Notes under the pieces: model-generated
Database searches by the model: none
Told to the model about the DNA's origin: nothing
Seen by the model: the letters and a program-made list of their open reading frames with translations, nothing else
Program-made: the position numbers and the translations under genes
From: Ostrea edulis
Taxonomy: Eukaryota
NCBI RefSeq assembly: GCF_947568905.1
Contig: NC_079168.1
Span: 88,350,001-88,414,000, forward strand
DNA length: 64,000 bases
Direction: 5' to 3'
Shown here: positions 30,801 to 39,857 of the stretch, piece by piece
Layout of the letters: each line of letters begins with the position of its first letter
How positions within the stretch are numbered: position 1 is the first letter of the stretch

Positions 30801-33323
30801 CCAAATTTTAAAAAAGATAGTAAAAATCAAATGATATCTTTGACACTACTATTGCCTGGATGCCCCTGAAGTGTAATTTAACAAAATCTTTGTCAGAAAA
30901 TTGCCTAAACAAATTTGGAACTGTCTTCCACATTTGGAGCATTTTGATCACTTGTTCATTGTTATCATGATTAATTTTGAAATGTATGTGCAAAATCTCA
31001 TTGGGTTGAACACTCCCTTCTAAATTCTCTTATAGTCTCAGAGTTATAATGAGCATGGAGGTTAGTTGCAAATGCTAAATCAATTGAAAAGAAATGAGAT
31101 AATATAACTTCTAGTATCACTGTGGGCCATTCATATCACAAATCATTCTTTGTTTGTGCCTGAGCATGGTGAGAGGTGATGTAGGGCAATTATCTAAAAT
31201 TGTGAAATGAAATATATGAGTTTATGAAATCCAGTTATTATCAATATTAATAAATTGGTGATGTACACAGGTGTCATGAACTAAGTGGTATTTTGACTTG
31301 TTTAAAGCATACTTATGTAGGCAAGGTTTGTTTATTCATTTCCTTGTATAATCACAGTACTAATTCCTTTGCACTGTAAGAATGGTAAATAATTTGTTCA
31401 CTTGTAAATAATCAGACAAATGTTGTAACTTAATATTTTCATTGAATTGTGCATCACATTATCCCTATAATGCTAAGAATTTTTAAAAAGTTAATGAAGT
31501 AATCATACATTTAATATAACCCCAAATCTAGAGTTCCTGTACGTATTATTGTAGTATCTACATTAACTTACGTAGAGATACATGTATTTGAAAACCATGC
31601 CATTGTTTTTACTTGTCAAATGACAGAATGACCTTTCATTACTTACATCACAACAATAAAATTGCTTTTCATTGACAGTAAAATTTGTACGTTTACAATA
31701 TGTCTAATATTTAAATATGCTCTTAATATTTAGATTTCCAATTTTTTTGCCTTTGATATCGTTACCAAAATGATAGCCATCCATAGTTGCCATCTAACCC
31801 GATTTTGTCGGAAAGAAAATACACACTGAATTCAGATCTGAGCTAAACAATGAAACTGTAGATCGTGTAAATTTAATCTATCTGTGTCATGCCTTGTATA
31901 TTGTCCATCTCCATCAGTCTTGAAAAAATCAAAATATGCCACTATCAGTTACAATAATTCTCTTCAATAAAATAGTGCACAAAACACACATTTCTGTTGT
32001 AAATATTAAACTTATTACACATGTAATCCTCATAAATATGTCGTGAATGCTGTTACGCATTATGACCAGATTTTTTTGCTTTCCAAAGAGGGTCATGACC
32101 CTCTTTTTACATTTTAGAGGTTGGCAACTATGCACATGTAGTCATCTATTTTCTAATGAATGTAGTCATCTATCTTCTAATGAATGTAGTCATCTATTTT
32201 CTAATGAATGTAGTCATCTATTTTCTCATGAATGTGAACTATGTACATGTATGCATGAATCTTGATAATTATAGTATGACTATTCTAATGGCTGAGAATC
32301 TCCAACAGAAATGAAAATAGAATGTAAATATAAGATATAAATTCCATTATTGGAAATACATGAGGATGTGAACAGCAACGGTTCACGCCGACATACTTTT
32401 TATGAAGTGCTAACACCTCTGATGCAGGCTTAAAGAGCTGCAGTTCATACTCTTATGCATATATAGATCTTTATTTCTTAAATGAACATGCCATATTTAA
32501 GCATACAGTGAATATGTCACACAAAATCTATATGCAATATACATATGTAATATACACTGTATATTCATTAAAAAATTTCTAAGGCAAGTGTTTATCTACA
32601 AAAGAGTTTTGATTCAGAATTATTTCCTCTTGAATCTTTGAAAATACCAAGAACAAATTGATTACAATATAACAAATTATGTATGCACTGTAAAGGTGTG
32701 AATTTTGATTTGTTGAAACAGTGTGGTATTTTGGTGTTGGATGACAGTTTACAATTAGTCTGAATCTAAAAGCAGCAACAGTTTCTTCTATATACATTTT
32801 CTAACAAAAATTCTCATTTAAAGGTGATGCTGTTTATATTTAGAAAATATCTCAATAATGAAAACCCCAGATGGAATTAGATTATTACTGTTCTCCAATT
32901 AAGTTAACTCTTACAGGCGGTGAGACTACTGTTTTTGCCCGCCCCCCCCCCCCCCCCCCCCTTCTTACGATGACATTTCATGACATTGGGTTGCTCTGTT
33001 GTTAACTTCCAGCAACCTTGGTGTAATTAAACTGCCTACTGTATAATTCATTAAATAAATTTAGATTTATATGGGTAACAAATTTGTATAGTATATATGA
33101 ACATGTTACAGCATTTAAACATTTCAAGTGTGAACAAGCTCTGCTGTGGCGGTAGAACAATATTGCTGAATTCGTGATTAAGATTATGAAATTTGAGCCT
33201 AATTAGTTTTAACTAAACATTTTACTTCTTATCGAGTAAGCTAAGTACAGATACATACTGCTCATGAATAATATCCTGCAATTCTTTTTGTCGAGCGTAA
33301 TATTCAACATTCGAGGAGGCCAT
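12629..33323 (-). CDS. KIZ: Kizuna centrosomal protein-like (KIZ/PLK1S1), 17 coding exons, about 748 aa
   Basis: Exons: 33323-33259, 30450-30388, 28799-28637, 28157-28053, 27803-27648, 27517-27166, 26967-26763, 26605-26462, 25224-25060, 19964-19814, 19013-18908, 17149-17036, 16032-16012, 13959-13830, 13631-13515, 13247-13165, 12735-12629 (2247 nt, all GT-AG, in phase). The N-terminus MASSNVEYYARQKELQDIIHEQEKKREQLDRQLQLFSKKDERLAKLRATKLQSYWKRVCEDQRRSHQRNQNIIREF resembles the vertebrate KIZ N-terminal coiled coil (YYERLGQLQ..SEKKRLDLEKKL..KLKNYLKEICESEKKAHTRNQ), and the acidic end DEDFFEFYE* resembles KIZ DDSDDFYD*. Identity is from recall, not a search. Confidence 0.82.
17257..18186 (+). mobile_element. 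Helentron-type non-autonomous element (HINE/pearl-like) with internal HindIII (Cg170-like) satellite monomers
   Basis: 5' acaagaggcccataggccacatcgctcacctgag; 3-4 monomers of about 165 bp containing caggaagctttcatgtaaat; acagacagac microsatellite; 3' cagttcaggtgagctaa inverted to the 5' subterminal motif. Confidence 0.75.
20009..24705. repeat. 4.7-kb GA-rich satellite, unit agtagtgagtggtcaaggtt(ag)n, about 28-35 bp, in a KIZ intron
   Basis: Continuous array; the minus-strand pseudo-ORFs of LTTHYSLS/NLDHSL are its translation. Confidence 0.97.
26155..26475 (-). repeat. 42-bp minisatellite, about 6 copies, derived from KIZ exon end plus donor
   Basis: Minus-strand unit CAGAACATCATACA|GTACCATTGTATGTATCCAATGAAAACA versus the real junction CAGAGCATCATACA|GTAAGTGACCAATGAAGAC at 26462. 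Degenerate copies at about 25800-25890. Confidence 0.85.
28442..28660 (-). repeat. About 72-bp tandem triplication containing KIZ exon end plus donor
   Basis: GCTGAGACTACTGAAG|GTAAGT occurs with donors at 28636 (real), 28563 and 28491. Confidence 0.9.
31782..32132 (-). mobile_element. Internally deleted copy of the CATAGTTGCCA-TIR element
   Basis: TIRs catagttgcca ... ttggcaactatg; shares gagggtcatgaccctc and tcagatctga blocks, inverted, with 54920-55739; no TSD match. Confidence 0.7.
32135..32235. repeat. 24-bp tandem repeat, about 4 copies
   Basis: atgtagtcatctattttctaatga repeated directly after the element end. Confidence 0.85.
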
Positions 33324-33689
33324 TGCCTAACAAACGGGCACTGTTCTCACCTCTTTTAAAAGAAGAGTTAAATTGCCTCAAATAACTTGTTCCTTGGCGT
33401 TTCGACTTCGTTTAATTCTTGCAGATTTTTAAGGTAATTTTTCATCAGTGAAATTGTACCTTTGCTTTAGTTAATATATTCTGCAGATTATATCACAGAA
33501 CACAAGGGTTGCGCCCATTTTGTGATCAAAGCCCGATGATTTAAAACTTTCCACAACAAAACTAATCGTACCCTGTGCATTACTACATCTGTTTTTAGAA
33601 AAGTTGATGATTAGGCCTAAAATATAATGATCAATTCTGAATAAGTTTCCTATTATCTTACAGTGACTTTATTGTCCGTGAGGGTCTTG

Positions 33690-34105
33690 AGGCAATCGTC
33701 GCCGGAAACTTTTCACATTTTCATCTGCAGAACCACAGGGCCAATTTCAACTAAACTTGACATAAAGCATCCTTGGGTGACGGGCTTTTAAGTTTGTTCA
33801 AATGAAGGGCCAAGCCCCTTCAAAGTGGAGATAATCACAAAAATGCAAAAATAGGATGGGGTCATTTAAACACCACTGGGCCAGAGGAGCTGAACTTTAC
33901 ATGAAAGCTAAATCCTGACATGGTGCAGATTCTAGTTTGTTAAAATTATGACCCCTGGGGGGTAGGATGGGGCCACGATAGAGGATCAAAGTTTTACAAA
34001 CAAATATATAGGGAAAATCTTTAAAAATCTTCTTCTCAAGAAACACTGCATCGAAAAAACTGAGATTTAGGATGGGGGCACAATAGGGGGTCAAAGTTTT
34101 GCATT
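33690..34105 (-). mobile_element. Helentron/HINE family fragment, reverse orientation
   Basis: Reverse complement of the monomer and 3' motifs seen in 17257-18186 (acttttcacattttc, caaatgaagggcc, tacatgaaagct). Confidence 0.65.
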
Positions 34106-34149
34106 AAAGGTGAAGATAGCGAAACAACTTGTGATCAATCTAATAAATC

Positions 34150-34760
34150 CCATAAGCATGCAATACAAAATAGATAGTTGGGCAAACACGGACCCCTGGA
34201 CACACCAGAGGTAGGATCAGGTGCCCAGGAGGATTAAGCATCCCCTGTCGACCGGTCACACCCGCCGTGAGCCCTATATCTTGATCAGATAAACGGAGTT
34301 ATCCGTAGACAGAATCAGTGTGCCATGAATGGTCTCTTAACAATAGGTACAAGAAACATTGGTGCACGCACCAAAGTTATGGGCCGAACAAATTTCCAAG
34401 AGAGTATCATTGTTTCCATAAACTAAAACTGTCTCGTAAACATATTGATTGGACAAGTGTCCAAATTCGACCCATTAACATACAAAATGAACAGTAATCT
34501 GTTACTCCTTAAAGATCTGTGAACTACGTGTATGTCCAGTAGGCAAAGGTTCTCCAGTGGACTTTTTTAAAGAGCAGTCTGAACCTTAACCTTAAACCAT
34601 TGTGACCTCAGAATAATGTGTTTATATGCTGCTTTACGTCTCATTCTCGAATTTTTCACTCTTATAGAGACGTCACCTTCGGGCGAATTGAGCAGTGAGG
34701 GTTCTTTATCGTGCTAACGCCTATCGTGACACAGGACCATGGCTTACAAGCCTCATCTGA
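34150..34760 (-). mobile_element. Retroposon remnants (LINE/SINE 3' end at about 34150-34350; SINE-like at about 34615-34770)
   Basis: GC-rich ggatcaggtgcccaggaggattaagcatcccctgtcgaccggtcacacccgccgtgagccc and gagacgtcacc..gagcagtgagggttcttta..gtgacacaggacc resemble common bivalve retroposon motifs (from recall only). Confidence 0.4.
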
Positions 34761-35348
34761 ATGACCTCAAAATAATAGATATGGGTTATTCTGCTCCTTG
34801 GATGTTATAAGTTTGATGAATATTTACAATGTTCATTATTGGAAAATATTGAGCTTTTATCACTTGAATATATTAAGCAAACATTTTCTAATGTGCAAAA
34901 TAATTCAACCAATGACTGTTGCATGAATACTGCATTAATTTAATTTCACACTTTCCATATTAAAACCGTGACATTTAATTTGGGTTATCCAAATATCATA
35001 ACCTTTCGCTATGAAATAAATCAGATTTATTCAAGATTGAAAATTTTATTGGCACAACCTGTGACAATATTTAACAAAATAGTATAATGCAATAATCAAA
35101 ACATTCTTTAGCACCCTTGGAATTATGCATTTTTCAAAACAAAAAAAATGACGCCACCTCTATAAATAGGTCAGCAGATAAGCGCACGTGACCTGTGTGT
35201 TACACACACACAAAAAAAAACAACAAAAAAAACAAATGTTTAAAAAACACCACCGAATTACTTTACATACAAAATGAAAACGTATCATGATAATCAGTAT
35301 AATCCAACTTAAAAAAAAAATACACACTCATCCCGCAGAAACTCATAC

Positions 35349-35388
<40 letters not shown>

Positions 35389-35754
35389 CCGGCCCATAAT
35401 GAAACACGTCAGAAAGCATTTGACAGACCCAATGATAGGTTGTATTGGCAAACTAGATCGTTATAACGACCATAGAATGTGCGAAATGCTGACTTTAAAC
35501 GAGACTGTTGAAACCCTTGTACCATCAACTTGTTTGTCAGTAGCTTTCCTCGATTTAAAAGCTGACCATATGCAGAACAATTAAGCTCTTGCGTATCGAA
35601 TCAGTTGAAAGATATAAACACCATATGCAGGTGATGATGGAACATTGCTACATAGATATGGGGTAGATATGGGAAGTTGACGATGGAGAAGCAGAAATCA
35701 TCTGTTTGTCATAACGTTCAGTTGTTAGTATGATACTAATATATAGAAAAAAAT

Positions 35755-36295
35755 ACTTAAAAATCTTCTTAAGAACCATTGGGCCAAAGAAGTTTACATT
35801 TGCATGAAAGCCTCCTGATATAGTGGAGATTCAAGTTTGTAAAAATCATTGCCCCCGGGGGTAGGATGGGGTCACGATAGGGCATCAAGAACTACTGGAC
35901 CAGGAAAGTAGAAATTAACACGAACGTGTCCCGACATTGTACAGATTCAAGTATGTTAAAGTCTTGGCCCCGTGGGTAGGATGGAGCCACAATAGGAGAT
36001 CAATGTTTTACATTCAAGTATGTAGGGAGAAAATCTTTTTCTCAAGAACCACTGGACTAGGAAAGTACAAACATGAAAGCTTCCTGACATAGTACATATT
36101 CAAGTTTGTTAAATGCAATGACCCCCGGGGGTAGGACGGGGCCCACAATAGGGGGTCAAAGTTTTACGTACTTGTAAGTTAATATATTGGGAAAATATTT
36201 AAAAACCTTCTTTTCAAGAAACACTGGGACAAAAAAGCTGAGATTTACATGAAAGCTTCCTGACATAGTGCAGATTCAAGTTTGTTAAAATCATT
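35755..36295 (-). mobile_element. Helentron/HINE satellite-monomer fragment, reverse orientation
   Basis: About 3 monomers of catgaaagcttcctgacatagtgcagattcaagtttg. Confidence 0.7.
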
Positions 36296-37214
36296 TCTCC
36301 TATATATTGTTGTTTGTTTATTCACCAATCAAGGGAGTCTCGGTCTCCCTACGCCACAAGATTTTCACCCCCCTACGCCACACGGTATTTTCAGTCAAAT
36401 ATTCGGCATATCATGATTTTGTGTTGGTTTCTACAGTCGAACATCGAGTTCCCATTCAAAGGAAATGTTTCTGGTCAATTCACTTGGGACTTTATATGCA
36501 GTTGGAATGAAGATTTCTCATTATATACACCGAAAAATATACCCGGCGCCTACCCTACTTGTATATTGTCGAAGTGTTTGAGTATTTCCAAGGAGTTCTA
36601 GACTCCCCAACTGCTAGTGCTAGCTTGTCAATAACCATTGTCTTCCGTGCAATACTTTTGGCCATCTAGATTTATTTTGATTAAACACAATCAGTCTTTG
36701 AATACTATCTGACTTATACAATGTAAACAAATGGTGATTAATACGCAAATGAATATAAATACAAGAAATGAACATCACTTTTGAGCTGTTCATGGTCAGT
36801 ATGAACGGATTTGGATTCGAGGCCTCAAATCCAAATCCGTTCATATTGACTATGGACAGCTAAAAAATGGTGTTCATTTCTTAAGTAAATTCGTTTACAC
36901 ATAACACCGTGTATGTGTATACTTCAACAGGGAGTGTGGTATGTTTATATAATAGCGGAAAAAAGAAACTGTGCGTTATAAAATTTAGTATAATTTTTCT
37001 ATCTTTATTGTTTATATTTATAAAATCTAAACAATCGATAAAGGTGATGTTTTTTTAACAATATCAGATAGTACCCGACTCAGATGCACGGACTTTTTCA
37101 TGGTTAGTGAACACATGTTGTTTATTGAAGTGTTCGTACGCACGAGTTTTACTGTTTGGAGTAAGAAGTGTAAAAGGTTTGCTCGGACACTATTCGTTAA
37201 GGAAAGCACTATTA

Positions 37215-38267
37215 TGGAGCGCCAAATTAACATAAACTCAAATAATTGAAGATATCTTCAATTATTTGAAGATATCATCAATTCATTTGATGCGCGCAAC
37301 AATTGAATTAAAGATATCTTCAAATAATTAATGATATCTTCAATTCTGAATTATTGCGCGCATTAATTGAATTGATGATAGCATTAATTCTTCAGCTGAA
37401 TTGATGCGCGCTTTAATTGAATTAATGATCTCTTCAAATGAATTAATGGTATCAACAATTGAATTGATGCGCGCTACAATTCAATTGAAGAGAGCAATAA
37501 TTGATATAATGCGCGCATCAAATCAATTGATGAGAGCAATAATTGAATTGATGCGCGCATTAATTCATTTGATGAGAGCAATAATGGATTTTATGCGCGC
37601 ATTAATTCAATTATTGCTCTCTTCAATTGAATTAATGATATCTTTAATTCATTTGAAGAGAGCAATAATTTTTTAGAGAGAGCAACTATATAATTAAAGA
37701 TATCTTCAATTCAAACATATTCACAATTGAATTAATGATCTCTTTAATTGAATTGTTGCTCTCTTTAAAAGAATTGATGCGCGCATTAATTCCCTATACA
37801 AAAGCATTGTAAATGATCTAAAGATATCTTCAATTGAATTAAAGAGATCATCAAATTATTTATACCAAGCTCTAAATTAATTATTGCGAGCAATATTTCT
37901 ACTAAATTGATGCTCTCATCAAATGAATTGAAGAGAGCAATAATTGAATTAATGCGCGCATCAAATCTATTATTGCTCTCATTAATTGAATTAATGCGCA
38001 CATCAATTGAATTGAAGAGAGCAATAATTGAATTAATACGCGCATTAAATCAATTATTGCTCTCATTAATCCAACTGATGCGCGCATTAATTCAATTGAT
38101 GAGAGCAGTAATTGAATTGAAGCGCGCATTAATTCATTTCATGAGAGCAATAATCGATTTAATGCGCGCATTAATTCAATTAAAGAGAGCAATAATTGAA
38201 TTGATGATATCTTCAAATAATTGAAGATATCTTCAATTATTTGAGTTTATGTTAATTTGGCGCTCCA
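37215..38267. mobile_element. 1053-bp palindromic (foldback) MITE with TA TSD, inserted in the 5' region of a Tc1 element
   Basis: TA|tggagcgccaaattaacataaactcaaataattgaagatatcttcaatt ... aattgaagatatcttcaattatttgagtttatgttaatttggcgctcca|TA; interior of about 21-bp modules (gatgcgcgcattaattcaatt, gaagagagcaataattgaatt). Confidence 0.85.
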
Positions 38268-38296
38268 TACACTTTAGTTTTGACAAACTTTCTGCC

Positions 38297-39276
38297 ATGC
38301 CACGACTCAGCGAAAGCCAACGTAATCATGCTGTTGGGATGCTTCGAGCTGGAATGGCACAAAATATCGTAGCAAGACACTTTGGAGTTCATCGGAACAC
38401 CATCCAGTCATTATGGAGACGTTTCCAACAATGTGGTGACACTCGGGATCGACCACGTTCTGGACGTCCTCGTGTGACGTCGCGTCGACAGGACAACCAC
38501 ATTAGACTTGTGCACCTGAGAAATCGTTTCCAGGCAGCAAGTTTGACTGCTCGTAGCATTCCTGGACTTCGACCAATCAGTCCAAGAACTGTGCGTAATC
38601 GTCTGCGCGAGCATATCAGACCAAGACGTCCAGCGGTGCGCCCAATACTGCTTCAACGTCATCGTATCGCTAGGCTAGCGTGGTGCAGACGACACATGCG
38701 ATTCAGAATACAGGACTGGGTCGATATTCTGTTCACTGATGAATCCAGATTTCATTTGGATAGCAGTGACGGCCGTTGTAGGGTGTATCGTCACGTTAGG
38801 GAGCGGTACCAGGACGCTTGTGTTGTGCAATGTCGACAATTCGGTGGAGGTGGAAGAACCCCTCTACAAATTATCAATGGAAATCTCACCGGCGTACGCT
38901 ATCGAGACGAAATTATTCAGCGCCATGTGATATCTTTCATACAGAGACAGCAAAATCACATCACTCTGCAGCAAGACAACGCAAGGCCACATGTTGCACG
39001 TGTATAGTCAGGGACTTTTTTGTTCAACAGAATGTCGATGTCTTGCCTTGGCCAGCTGTTTCCCCCTATTTATCGCCAATCGAGCACGTCTGGGATGAAA
39101 TGGAACGACGTCTACACCGTTTACCAAATCAGCCAGTGACATTGGCTGATTTAGGCCAGACTTTAACCAATATCTGGAACAACATCCCTCAAGTATTTCT
39201 GAACACTTTAGTGGCATCAACGAAGCGCCGTTGTCAAGCATGCGTCAATGCAAATGGTGGTCACAAGCGTTATTAA
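38297..39276 (+). pseudogene. Tc1-family DD34E transposase, disrupted
   Basis: MPRLSESQRNHAVGML..GRPRVTS (paired-like HTH), ILFTDESRF, QQDNARPH, WPAVSPYLSPIEHVW; 34 residues from D to E after correcting a 2-bp insertion near 39001; in-frame loss of the usual SVMVWGGIS block after FGGG. Confidence 0.9.
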
Positions 39277-39378
39277 CTTTGTTAATTCAAGTTCGAATAC
39301 CAGTGTCTTTCGAGTGTGCTGAAATTGACGTTATTCGATGTTAGCATTAATAACATTATTGCATACAATGTTGTCCGT

Positions 39379-39527
39379 CCCGCGTTTTAGCAACACCTGG
39401 TCCTCAGGAGTAGGTTTGGGCCATAATATATAAGGGACCAAAGTTTTACATGCGAATGTGTATGGAAAATCTTTAGATATGGGCCAAGGTGACTCAGGTG
39501 AGCGATGTGGTTCATGGGCTTCTTGTT
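39379..39527 (-). mobile_element. HINE 5' end fragment truncating the Tc1 right end
   Basis: gggccaaggtgactcaggtgagcgatgtggttcatgggcttcttgtt is the reverse complement of the 5' end of 17257. Confidence 0.7.
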
Positions 39528-39857
39528 AATCTTATTTTCAGTCCTTAATTGATAATTGTTGAAATGGGGAATAAATGTATAACTATAGCTTATTGGTCCG
39601 TCTGTCCCTTTGTCTACAAATTCAAGACTTTTACAAGATGAATACTTCATATCCATAATGAAATTATATAATAAACATGCAATAATTCATCCAGTGACAT
39701 CAGTGAACTGAAAGATAAAGGTCAAAGCTGTGTCAATGATGAAGGTTAAGGTCAAATTTGCGACAATACATGTAGGGACGAAGTGTTTCACAAAAAATAT
39801 CTCCACAATCTGTAGAGAATCCAACCTATACAAGAAACAATTAAACTTTCACATATT

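Noticed and set aside
36947-37214. Left TIR of the Tc1 element
   Set aside because: Only a weak aaaaaagaaac resemblance; the right end is truncated by another element, so TIR and TSD cannot be confirmed.
37401-38224. Leucine-zipper-like ORFs (MRALIQLMRAIIEL) on both strands
   Set aside because: Artefact of the 21-bp modules of the palindromic MITE; they appear symmetrically on both strands.
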